Made by a program: the position numbers and the translations under genes. From positions 32,001 through 96,000 of the IMG/VR virus record IMGVR_UViG_3300010354_000050: DNA of 64,000 nucleotides. One strand, given 5' to 3'. Below, one piece after another: positions 10,534 through 19,393 of the stretch. Under the pieces are notes generated by a model that had not been told where the DNA came from, did not search any database, and saw nothing but the letters and a program-made list of their open reading frames with translations. Numbering within the stretch: position 1 is the stretch's first letter; every line of letters begins with the position of its first letter. Source of the stretch: a virus.

Positions 10534-11763
10534 CTACAGTGATGACAAAACTCCTACAATTAATTTGAAATATTCAGGATCTTGTTCATACAACCTTCTC
10601 ATCGACTGTGGATCTGAAAAGTATTGAAAACCCATTGCGAAAACTTCTGTACTATTATAGCCTCCTTCTGGAAGTTCAGGATAGACCTTGCCAACATAAG
10701 GATCTATATAGTTTCCAGGTAAAGCTACTTCATCCTCATTGTAAAAGGTGCTATTTGATAAAATATTCATAGACTCAAGCTGGTCGGAAGTAGCCCTTGA
10801 ATTTCTAAATTCAACCATAGAACTGTATATTTCAGGGTTGGAAAATTCAATATGATGGCCAAATTCATGCCAAAAACCACTATTTTGATTTTCCCAACTA
10901 GCACTTCTTCCAGTAGAAATAGTACCTGGAAATTCAAAAGTTTCTCCATTTTCTTCACTAGAATAAGGAGCCCTTGCCCAAGCCCTTTCCTCACCTTCAT
11001 CAAAAATTTCTGACAAGGTGTTGACCCTATTATTAGCAATCTGATATAGATCTATGAGTTGGTTTCTATAATCTTCTTCTGAAAAAGGATGATCCTCTGG
11101 CAAGTCAAACAAAGTATTGTTGGCATTTTCAGTAGCTAGTTTCCTGTTTCCCCTAACTAAAAGATCTTCTCTTATCAGTGAAAATTCCTGGATTAAGATA
11201 TTGTTGATATTGCTTAATATTTGGTTAAGAGCTTCAATTCTTCTATTCGCTTCTTCTATTACCTCAGAATCATTTGAATTGTTCCTTACTTCTTCGTGGG
11301 CAGTAAGGGCAACGAAAATTTCTCCAATAGAATTGAATTCTCCATAAGCTTCCTCAATTCTCTGAAAATTTTCTTGGTAAAGTTCTTGAACCTGTCTAGT
11401 AATTTCATCAACACTTGCAGGTTGTTGTCCCCTTTGATTTAACCTTTCTTCTATATTCCTTGTTAAGGCAACTTTTAATTGCTGGAGTTGTACACCACTT
11501 TGCCTAACTCTTTCAATAGCTGCTTTTAATAAGTTTTGCTTCTCTTGGTCTACTATTTGTTGTTGTTGTTGTTGTTCTTCCTCTGGCACTGTTTCTTCAA
11601 CTGGCAAATCTTCTTCGGGCGGCTCAGAAATAGGTTTTCCAGTTACACACTCTCTGTCTTCAGGAATCCCATAAACAGTTCCATCCGGCCTTTGACAAAG
11701 TTGACCAGTAGCTTTCTGCCTATATTCTAATAAAGATTCTTGTGTAAATTTCCCTAGCTTCAT
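10534..11763 (-). CDS. Shared-leader family protein with C-terminal zincin-like metallopeptidase domain
   Basis: MKLGKFTQESLLEYRQKA leader directly followed by LCQRPDG; WHEFGHHIE; C-terminus clearly paralogous to 9152-10468. Confidence 0.8.
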   Translation of the reverse strand: MKLGKFTQESLLEYRQKATGQLCQRPDGTVYGIPEDRECVTGKPISEPPEEDLPVEETVPEEEQQQQQQIVDQEKQNLLKAAIERVRQSGVQLQQLKVALTRNIEERLNQRGQQPASVDEITRQVQELYQENFQRIEEAYGEFNSIGEIFVALTAHEEVRNNSNDSEVIEEANRRIEALNQILSNINNILIQEFSLIREDLLVRGNRKLATENANNTLFDLPEDHPFSEEDYRNQLIDLYQIANNRVNTLSEIFDEGEERAWARAPYSSEENGETFEFPGTISTGRSASWENQNSGFWHEFGHHIEFSNPEIYSSMVEFRNSRATSDQLESMNILSNSTFYNEDEVALPGNYIDPYVGKVYPELPEGGYNSTEVFAMGFQYFSDPQSMRRLYEQDPEYFKLIVGVLSSL

Positions 11764-11875
11764 CTTGTTTAATAGGGTATATGGGCTGCTTTGTAATTTT
11801 TACCTTTAACGTTCTTGACATTTCCAAAACCCTATGCTAAAGTAGATTCAGCAACCTGACAGAGAAAACAAAACA

Positions 11876-12298
11876 ATGGATTTTTCTTCTAGCCTAACTC
11901 TACTCACTGAAGCTTCTAAAGAATACCACTTTAGTGTTCTTAAGATTTTAGAAGACAGCCTTAAAAAGTTTACTCACAAATATCCTGACGTTGTAGTAGG
12001 TTGGACTCAATCTACTGAAAAGGATAAAGAAGAAGGAATTTGGGAGTTTGCAGTTAACGATTTTCAAGTCTTTGTCTCAGAACAAGATTTAGTAGAATTT
12101 GATGGCTACACTACTTCCTACTATTCCCTTGAAAATTTTCTAATTGATTATCCACATCTAGGAGAAGATTTTTGGGATGATTGGGTGGCCCTTGAATCTT
12201 TTCTGGCAAAAGTTCCCACCCAAAACTTTAAGGACTTGTTTGGCAGTGATTCTAAAATCTTGTTTTCTAATGAAGGCTATCAAATTAAAGGTCTATAG
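11876..12298 (+). CDS. Hypothetical protein, paralog of 12675-13112
   Basis: Shared motifs (YP..V.GWTQ / YP.FIISWTQ, FDGY / SDGY, FL..IP); sigma70-like promoter upstream. Confidence 0.7.
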   Translation: MDFSSSLTLLTEASKEYHFSVLKILEDSLKKFTHKYPDVVVGWTQSTEKDKEEGIWEFAVNDFQVFVSEQDLVEFDGYTTSYYSLENFLIDYPHLGEDFWDDWVALESFLAKVPTQNFKDLFGSDSKILFSNEGYQIKGL

Positions 12299-12302
12299 AC
12301 AA

Positions 12303-12659
12303 ATGGCAAAACCACTGCTTCATGCTGAACATTCTGCTCAAAAACATGGAGGAATAGTTGAAGACTATCTCCCTATCCACAACTTCATTGATTCTTCTAA
12401 AGCCCATGTACCAGATATTAGACACAGGGCTTTACTTCATAATTCCTTTGGGATCTACTTGACAGAACAGGTCTTTGGGGTATATATTGTAAATAGTGAT
12501 GGGAAGAAAGTTTCTGTCAGAGATGTAGCAGAAGAGCATATCAAACAAGATATGGGAAATATACCTACTGTACAAGATTGGTTAAAGTGCATGGGTATCC
12601 AAGATTGGATGCTAGGACACAAAAAACCAAAGGCTACTCGTCACTTTGATTTTGATTAA
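12303..12659 (+). CDS. DUF6915-like His-rich protein
   Basis: MAKPLLHA...DYLPIHNFIDSSK...RHRALLHNSFGI...VRDVAEEHIKQD; start moved to ATG 12303. Confidence 0.65.
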   Translation: MAKPLLHAEHSAQKHGGIVEDYLPIHNFIDSSKAHVPDIRHRALLHNSFGIYLTEQVFGVYIVNSDGKKVSVRDVAEEHIKQDMGNIPTVQDWLKCMGIQDWMLGHKKPKATRHFDFD

Positions 12660-12674
12660 AACTAGGGAAAAATT

Positions 12675-13112
12675 ATGAAAGAAGCTTACGAAGCTACAGT
12701 TAAAATGATCAAAGACTCCCGAAATAGCTACATTAGTTTAGCTAAGGAAGCTCTGTTCAATGCCTTAAAAATTTACTTTGAAGACTACCCTGAATTTATT
12801 ATCTCTTGGACTCAATACACACCTTATTTTAATGATGGCGATCCTTGTACTTTTTCTGTAAATAGTCCTGAACTTTTTCTAAATGAAGGAGATTTCCATT
12901 ATTCAGATGGGTATAAATCTTGGAATTATTATAAGGGAGATTTCTTAGAAAATCATCCCGATTTAGGAATTAAAGTTTGGGATGCCTGGTGTAGCCTAGC
13001 CGATTTCTTGACTGACATTCCTGATGAAATTTATGAAGAAATCTTTAACAACCATGTAAGGGTAATTGCTTCTAAGGATGGTCTTCAAGTAGAAGGTTAT
13101 GACCACGAATAA
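12675..13112 (+). CDS. Conserved phage hypothetical protein
   Basis: SWTQYTPYFNDGDPCTF motif and GYDHE C-terminus. Confidence 0.7.
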   Translation: MKEAYEATVKMIKDSRNSYISLAKEALFNALKIYFEDYPEFIISWTQYTPYFNDGDPCTFSVNSPELFLNEGDFHYSDGYKSWNYYKGDFLENHPDLGIKVWDAWCSLADFLTDIPDEIYEEIFNNHVRVIASKDGLQVEGYDHE

Positions 13113-13123
13113 AGGATAATAAG

Positions 13124-13158
13124 AAAAAGGAGTTTCTAGTATAAACTCCTTTTTTTTT
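13124..13158 (+). terminator. Intrinsic terminator (representative of many in the window)
   Basis: aaaaaggagttt / aaactccttttt stem followed by a T run. Confidence 0.8.
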
Positions 13159-13284
13159 GTTTACCTATTAAAAGCCAATAAGAAAAAAAATTTTTTTTTG
13201 TTACCTGAATCTTCTAAAGATTGACAAATAACTTGTACCTTGCTAAGATGAGGTTGCAGCTAATCCATTGCAGGTTATGTAATA

Positions 13285-13614
13285 ATGCCTAGTGTAAATG
13301 AAGATATTAAGAAAGAATTTCTACGGCACCAAGGAGTTTTAGATGATCTTTTCCAAAAATATATTGAAGAAAATCTCACTATCCCTGTTGGAACCACGTT
13401 TATCTATGGAGATGAACTTAGCACTGTTGTAGGTGCTGTAGTTGTCCCTCCTGAAGACTTTTCTGTATTTCTAGATATATGTCCAAAAACAGATATTTGG
13501 CTCCTTCTTGATATCCCTAGTTGGCGTATTGAAGGACAACCTGAAGCTAAAGTAACTTTTTCTCTAGGAAGGTTCCTTAGAGCTGTGGAAACAGGATATA
13601 TTTTAGTTCTTTAG
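13285..13614 (+). CDS. Hypothetical protein
   Basis: 109-aa ORF with TTGACA promoter upstream. Confidence 0.6.
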   Translation: MPSVNEDIKKEFLRHQGVLDDLFQKYIEENLTIPVGTTFIYGDELSTVVGAVVVPPEDFSVFLDICPKTDIWLLLDIPSWRIEGQPEAKVTFSLGRFLRAVETGYILVL

Positions 13615-14019
13615 TTGAACCAGTGGAGTAATTCTAATTAAAAACTTTGCAAATTTCATAAAATTTGCTATAATGGTTATGTACTCTTTTGGTACTTGTT
13701 TAATGCTAAATGAATTTTCAATTTCCCGTGAAAAAAGTCTAAAGATCTATAAAGATCTTTTAGAATACTTTTCTTCTAAGGAAGCAAAAGAAAACTACAA
13801 AGTCCTGGGTAAGTGGTTAGGTTTTCTCACTGTTTATCTTTTGACTTTTTCTTTTCTGCTTTACAACTATGCTGAGCAAAGTATTGAAGTAATCAAGAAA
13901 AAGATTAAGGAAAACAAGGAAAAAGAAAACCAAACCCTTGATCAATAAAGATTATAAGGAGAAAGGAAATATCTTTTCTCCTTTTCTTTCTTCTTTTCTA
14001 TAGTTCAAGTTTTAATAAA

Positions 14020-14869
14020 ATGAATGTTTTAAGTTTGTTTGATGGGATGAGTTGTGGGCAATTAGCTCTTAGGAAAGCTAATATTCCTTATGACAACTAT
14101 TATGCTTCTGAAATTAACAAATATGCTATAAAAGTTACTCAACATAACTTCCCCAATACAATTCAAGTTGGAGATGTTTGCCTGTTGACTTCAGAAAAAC
14201 TCCCTAAAATTGATTTGCTAATTGGTGGTTCTCCTTGCCAAGGCTTTTCTTGTGCAGGTAAAGGATTAAATTTTGAAGATCCTAGAAGTAAGCTGTTTTT
14301 TTGAATATGTAAGATTGAAAAACCAACTTCAACCTGAATTTTTTCTTTTAGAAAATGTAAAGATGAAGAAAGAGTACCAAGATGTCATTTCTGAATTCCT
14401 TGGTGTAGATCCTGTTATGCTAAATAGCAGCTTAGTATCAGCACAACTCAGAACTAGGCTCTACTGGACAAATTTACCAATTCCTGTCATTGAAGACAAA
14501 GGAATATTAGTTAAAGATATTATAGAGCAAGTTGATTATGGTCAATTTTATTATTTGCCAGATGAAAAAATCTTCAACTTGAGTTTTTCTGAAAATGGGG
14601 TTTACTATGGTGATAAAAGTAAAGGGGGTTATAAGCAAAGAAATGTAGCTTGGTTGCCAAATGGTAAACATGGTTGCTTAACTGTTTCTAATGGTGGCAG
14701 AGTCTATGTAAACGGGAAAGTTAGAAAGACTACTAGGGGGGAAATGGAAAGGCTGCAAACAGTTCCAGATGGTTATACCGATATTGTAAGTTATAATCAG
14801 GCAATGGGGTTATTAGGAAATGGTTGGACAGTTGACACCATTGCTGAATTTTTCAAGTCTTTGAATTAA
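14020..14869 (+). pseudogene. C5 DNA cytosine methyltransferase, frameshifted at a T7 run
   Basis: Motif I (LSLFDGMSCG) and IV (GGSPCQGFS) in ORF 1; ENV, RTRLYW and GNGW in ORF 2; removing one T at 14296-14302 restores KLFFEYVR. Confidence 0.85.
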
Positions 14870-14870
14870 A

Positions 14871-14954
14871 TGTTGAAAGGTATTAGCAATGAGTATAAAT
14901 ACCTATTGGTTAATGGTTGTTGAAAGGCATTAGCAATGAGTATAAATACTTATT
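14871..14954. repeat. Two 37-bp direct repeats, 47-bp period
   Basis: tgttgaaagg(t/c)attagcaatgagtataaatac(c/t)tatt at 14871 and 14918. Confidence 0.85.
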
Positions 14955-15166
14955 TACAAAGCTTTCTTTACAGGTTATAATAGGTAGAGTAAACTCAAGA
15001 AAAAAAAATGTTTTTCATTTCTGCTATGTTAGGCTTTTCAGTAGTCATGCTGTTTAGCCTTTTAGATTCCTTAATATTGAAACTACTCTTAGCATTTGTT
15101 TTCGCCTTTAACATAATATTTACACTGTTTCTCTGGAAAGATTAGTTTAGAATTTCCTTAAAAAGA

Positions 15167-15195
15167 TTGACAAGCAAGAAAACCTGATCTATAAT
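15167..15195 (+). promoter_or_regulatory. Sigma70 consensus promoter of tRNA-Arg
   Basis: TTGACA-17-TATAAT; many similar promoters across 11.8-58 kb. Confidence 0.85.
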
Positions 15196-15214
15196 AAGGT
15201 CAGGTTGAAAACAA

Positions 15215-15288
15215 GGGACACTAGCTCAAAAGGATAGAGCAACTTCCTCCTAAGAAGTAGGTTACAGGTTCGAGTCCTGTGTGTCCCG
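15215..15288 (+). tRNA. tRNA-Arg(CCT)
   Basis: Cloverleaf: GGGACAC/GTGTCCC; anticodon arm ACTTC-CTCCTAA-GAAGT; T loop TTCGAGT. Confidence 0.95.
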
Positions 15289-15394
15289 TTAATTTGCCTA
15301 AAGCAAATTATTCAATGAAAACTGTAATAAAAAAAAGGGGGGGGGATTGACAAACTTAGAAAAGCAGGTTATAATGAAATCAAGTTAAACACCT

Positions 15395-15465
15395 GGGACA
15401 TTAGTTTAGTGGTAAAGCACGGGGCTTTTAACCTCTTGACCAGAGTTCGATTCTCTGATGTCCCA
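15395..15465 (+). tRNA. tRNA-Lys(TTT)
   Basis: GGGACAT/ATGTCCC; anticodon loop CTTTTAA; T loop TTCGATT. Confidence 0.9.
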
Positions 15466-15678
15466 TTAAATTGATCAAGGCAATTTATATACCTTAATTA
15501 AATAAAAGATCTATGAAAAACTTTTTCAGAAATGTTTGGCTCTATAAAAATGAAATTCTAATGAATTTTTTGATGTTACTTGAAATGGTGAAAAGTTGTA
15601 GAACTGGAAGCCTTCATTAGTAGAACAAATTAAAGACTCCCATAGCAAATTCAGTACTGTTGACAAAACTGACTAAAG

Positions 15679-15963
15679 ATGTTAAACTCATATTATCCCG
15701 TTGACAAAATAGTTGACAGGGACGAATTAAATGTTATCCTAAGCCCAATTGAACAAATGGAAAAAATTAATTTTTTACCCCCTCCTTTTCCAGAACAAAA
15801 TTCATTAACTGAAGAATTTATAAATGATTACCTGTGTAAGCTTGAACATTTACCTTCTTTATTTGAAAGGGAAGGCAGATCAGAAGAGTTTATGGAGGGG
15901 GTTAATAGTGTAATTGACATTTTATACAATTACGTTCAAGCCTATGTTTATTTCAAAGATTAG
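15679..15963 (+). CDS. Hypothetical protein
   Basis: ORF track; the true start may be the downstream ATG. Confidence 0.5.
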   Translation: MLNSYYPVDKIVDRDELNVILSPIEQMEKINFLPPPFPEQNSLTEEFINDYLCKLEHLPSLFEREGRSEEFMEGVNSVIDILYNYVQAYVYFKD

Positions 15964-16069
15964 TAGTCAAGGTTGACAAATTTAGCCTTTAGTGCTATAA
16001 TAATAAAGGAAATAATTCAAATTTCCTTTCAACTTGGGTCATTAGCTCAGTGGATAGAGCAACCGCCTT

Positions 16070-16717
16070 TTGCAAGCTCACCTAAGTAAGTAACAATAAA
16101 AATGTAATTTATATGGTGAAAAATGGAGCCTGTTTTATGGAAGACTGAGAAGGTTATAAGTAAAGGTGATTATAATTACGCTTTAGTTAAGAACCATCCA
16201 AAAGCTAATAAACATGGGTATGTTCTAGAGCATAGAGTAGTTGTTGAAAATCATCTTGGTAGACTTCTTAATCCTACTGAAGTTGTCCACCATATTAATC
16301 ACGATAAAAAGGACAACAGAATTGAGAATCTTGAAGTTTTAGACGTTTTAGATCACCTAAAACTACATGGTTTAGAGCAAGGAAGAAAATGGTGTCATCT
16401 TAAGTGTCCTAACTGCGGAGTAGAATTCTGCAAGGAAATGAGAAATACACATCTAGTAAAGAAAAGTTCTTTTACTACTTGCTCTCCTGTATGTAGAGGT
16501 AAACTATCAAGAAAAATTCAATTAGGTAGAGAAACTGAAACAGTGGAAGCTGCTATATCGGAGAATATCCTTTGCGTCTTTAGGCGATTTAAGGACAACA
16601 CCGAGGTAACTGTCTTATAACAGGAACCGTAGAGACTAATACGCAGCTCACCTGAAATGGTGAAGATAGAGTCCAGCCTACAACACGAAAGTGGTCATAG
16701 TAATATGATGTAGGAAG
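16070..16717 (+). mobile_element. Group I self-splicing intron (648 nt) with homing endonuclease ORF
   Basis: Follows an exon U and ends in G; P3 GCTGC(16549)/GCAGC(16643); R element GTAGAGACTA; S element AAGATAGAGTCC; P8 TCACC/GGTGA. Confidence 0.9.
16123..16620 (+). CDS. HNH homing endonuclease (HNH_3-like) with C-terminal Cys motifs
   Basis: GYVLEHRVV...EVVHHINHDKKDNRIENLE; CPNC...CSPVC. Confidence 0.9.
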   Translation: MEPVLWKTEKVISKGDYNYALVKNHPKANKHGYVLEHRVVVENHLGRLLNPTEVVHHINHDKKDNRIENLEVLDVLDHLKLHGLEQGRKWCHLKCPNCGVEFCKEMRNTHLVKKSSFTTCSPVCRGKLSRKIQLGRETETVEAAISENILCVFRRFKDNTEVTVL

Positions 16718-16809
16718 CTAAGCGGTCGGTCGCTGGTTCGAGTCCAGCATGGCCCGTTAATTTGCCTAAAGCAAATTATTTATTTATTAAACAGATTTAA
16801 GGAAAAGGG

Positions 16810-17154
16810 ATGGAGTTAGAGGTTTTTAATGAAGTAATTATTAAGGATTTCAGGCTTTTGAAAGATCCTGATGAACTACTTCTTTTTCAAAAGGAACTAA
16901 AAAGGGTCAATGTGCCTTCAAGTTCTATCTTGGAATTAGATGATAAAGGGGTTTTGTTTTCTTTGCCTAGTGGAGATTTGGTAGAATTAAGTAAAGGTTC
17001 TTATTTAGAAGATAGTCCTGAGTACTTAGACAAATTGTTATATTATGGTGAACACCCTGAAGAAGGGTATTTATCTAAGGAAATTGAAGTTGAAAAGATT
17101 TCAGACTACTTGGATTTGATCAACTTCTTTACTTGGAACCTAGAAATCTATTAA
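16810..17154 (+). CDS. Hypothetical protein
   Basis: 114-aa acidic ORF with RBS and downstream terminator. Confidence 0.6.
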   Translation: MELEVFNEVIIKDFRLLKDPDELLLFQKELKRVNVPSSSILELDDKGVLFSLPSGDLVELSKGSYLEDSPEYLDKLLYYGEHPEEGYLSKEIEVEKISDYLDLINFFTWNLEIY

Positions 17155-17517
17155 AAACAAAGGAGGAGTTGACTTGATCAACTCCTTTTTGCTATTATGT
17201 TGATGTTGATGCTGATTAGGGTTTAACAATGAAGGCTACTGGAGAGGAAATTAAGCAATTTTTTGATGAAGGGTTTATTGAAAACTATAGTGATAGTTAT
17301 GACGGGTTAGAAATTTATGATGAATTTTCTACTCCCGTGGTCTTTTGTTAGATCTTGAAAAGGAATATGATCTAGAAGAAGAGTTTGGGTAGGTATATCC
17401 AGATCAAAATGATGATTCTTCATATTTCCTTTATCCACCTATGCGCTTTTCTGACGCTTTCTTCCTTTGGAGTACAAGAAAGAAGATCAAGTAAGTTTTA
17501 TTTGAAATCTAAAAAAG

Positions 17518-17856
17518 TTGTCAAGGAGATCTTCAAAAATGAATAAATACTATGACAGGTTAACGATAGAACAGCAGCAAGTTGTAGAGATCTTTAAGCT
17601 CAATGTTGAAGATGAAGTCTTAAATTGCCTAGATTGCCTCTATGAAATTGACAAAATAGGTGATAAAGGCCGCATTCCTTTACCTGCAACAAGCTCATCT
17701 GGAAAGCCTGTTTTGCATGGTGCAAATCAAATTATTCATCATTTGCGTAATTATTACTTAAAGCGAATTGCTTTAGTTAGACAGACAGACCGAGAAACCT
17801 ATGAAAAGTGGGTTCCAGATTTTTATAAAGTAGAAGCTTCTAAGGTAGGAATTTAG
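17518..17856 (+). CDS. Hypothetical protein
   Basis: ORF track; AGGAG RBS precedes the internal MNKYY start. Confidence 0.6.
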   Translation: MSRRSSKMNKYYDRLTIEQQQVVEIFKLNVEDEVLNCLDCLYEIDKIGDKGRIPLPATSSSGKPVLHGANQIIHHLRNYYLKRIALVRQTDRETYEKWVPDFYKVEASKVGI

Positions 17857-17865
17857 AAAAAAAAA

Positions 17866-18222
17866 ATGCACATTAGTAAAGAAGTTTTTGATGAAATCAA
17901 AACTTTTGACAGCTATGGGGATTATTTAGCTAAGGCAAATCAAAACCTAAACCCTTATTACTTCATTGGTTCAACTGAATCGAACTATGAGAGCAAGCCA
18001 GTTACAGTAGATAGTGGTACACTGAAGGGTATTTTGGCTGATTTGCTATTCTTTTATCATAAAGAAGCAGATGGTGCATATTGTTCAGCTAGTGCCCATT
18101 TCGATAGGGCATTGGTGGAGCTTAGTGATTTGACTGGAAATCCTTTTAGAAATGATCCTTTGATTCAAGAAGCTTATCAAGAAATTGATTTGCTAAGGGA
18201 AATGGTTAAGTTTAATAAATAG
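17866..18222 (+). CDS. Hypothetical protein
   Basis: ORF track. Confidence 0.6.
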   Translation: MHISKEVFDEIKTFDSYGDYLAKANQNLNPYYFIGSTESNYESKPVTVDSGTLKGILADLLFFYHKEADGAYCSASAHFDRALVELSDLTGNPFRNDPLIQEAYQEIDLLREMVKFNK

Positions 18223-18266
18223 AAAAAAAGAAAAAAAGGATAAGGTCAGACCTCATCCTTTTATGT

Positions 18267-18395
18267 TTAAGAAGCCTTAAGCTTTTTAACAAGCCCTTTA
18301 GTTTGCTTCTTTAGTTGTCGGGCACGGGCAGAAGCAAGTCTACCCTTATTGTTCCGACCTTCTTTCCGGGGAGATTCCCAACGCTTTAGTTGCAT
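18267..18395 (-). CDS. Small highly basic protein (42 aa)
   Basis: MQLKRWESPRKEGRNNKGRLASARARQLKKQTKGLVKKLKAS; own TTGACC-17-TAAACT promoter, AAGGA RBS, terminator hairpin near 18235-18262. Confidence 0.7.
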   Translation of the reverse strand: MQLKRWESPRKEGRNNKGRLASARARQLKKQTKGLVKKLKAS

Positions 18396-18561
18396 TTGTC
18401 ATTATCCTTATCACTATACCCATAGTTTACACCGTAGGAAGGGAAAGGTCAAATAAACATTGCTTATACCACGCTCTTTAGGAAATAAGGAAAACCAATT
18501 GACTTTTCTTCTGAAGAAGTTTACTATATTCCTGTAAGTGATCTTGAAAAATTTTTGAAAA

Positions 18562-18942
18562 ATGGTTAGCCAACAGATCTTCCAACAAGCAATTGAAGTA
18601 GCAAAATCTTCTACTTCTAAGAAACAAGTAGGGGCTTTGCTGCTAAACCGTAATAGGGTAGTCATGGCAGCAACTAACCTAGAAAACAAGTCTCACCCTG
18701 TACAGGCTAGATTTGCAAACAAAGCAGGGTTGAGGGAAAAAATCTATCTCCATGCTGAAATTGCTGCTTTGATTAAATGCAAAGAACAAGCAGATTCCAT
18801 TGTTGTAGCTAGGGTAAATTGTTTTAATGATTTGCGTATGGCCAAGCCTTGTCCAATTTGTCAGCTTGCCCTAAAAGAAGCAGGAATAAGCAAAGTTTAT
18901 TATAGTACAAATCACGGATTTAAGTTTTTCAACCTGAAATAG
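18562..18942 (+). CDS. Zn-dependent cytidine/dCMP deaminase-family protein
   Basis: LHAEIAAL and KPCPIC motifs. Confidence 0.85.
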   Translation: MVSQQIFQQAIEVAKSSTSKKQVGALLLNRNRVVMAATNLENKSHPVQARFANKAGLREKIYLHAEIAALIKCKEQADSIVVARVNCFNDLRMAKPCPICQLALKEAGISKVYYSTNHGFKFFNLK

Positions 18943-18988
18943 TTGCATAATTTAGGAGTTTGTGCTATAATAAAATAGATGATTTCTG

Positions 18989-19077
18989 GGGGGTGTGATG
19001 TATGGAGCATCGTGGGTCTTATAAGCCCAAGTGGAGCAGATTACTCCCGTGTTAGGGTTCGATTCCCTACACCCCTA
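18989..19077 (+). tRNA. tRNA with TAT (Ile) anticodon and long variable arm
   Basis: GGGGGTG/CACCCCT; TGGGT-CTTATAA-GCCCA; V arm GGAG-CAGATTA-CTCC; TAGGG-TTCGATT-CCCTA. Confidence 0.85.
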
Positions 19078-19393
19078 TTTGTAAACTCACTTAACAAAAA
19101 TTGAAAAAGTCGGAAATAAAGAAAAACTATCCGACTCTAACTTTTGTAGAACCTGATTAAGACAAAAAAAAGGGGGGGGAGGTTTGTACCCCCCCCCTTT
19201 TTTTCTAGAAAACTTCAACCCCTTCTTGGAAAGTGTCTACAAGATCTTGATCAGTAATGTCCATTCCTGTCTTTTCCATGAAACAACCCACTCATTATAG
19301 CAAAATTTTTTGAAAAAGTCTACAACAAATTTAGTTGACAACTTTAGTAGAAGATGCTAAACTAGATGTTGTAAAGGTTAAGGTGAAAAACAA

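Larger units (their letters stand above)
16036..16756 (+). tRNA. tRNA-Arg(TCT) interrupted by a group I intron (exons 16036-16069 and 16718-16756)
   Basis: Joined exons give GGGTCAT/ATGGCCC acceptor, ACCGC-CTTCTAA-GCGGT anticodon arm, GCTGG-TTCGAGT-CCAGC T arm. Confidence 0.9.

Noticed and set aside
14871-14954. Two 37-bp repeats as a mini CRISPR array
   Set aside because: Only two copies, a 10-bp spacer and no cas genes in the window; looks like a tandem duplication of a promoter-like sequence.
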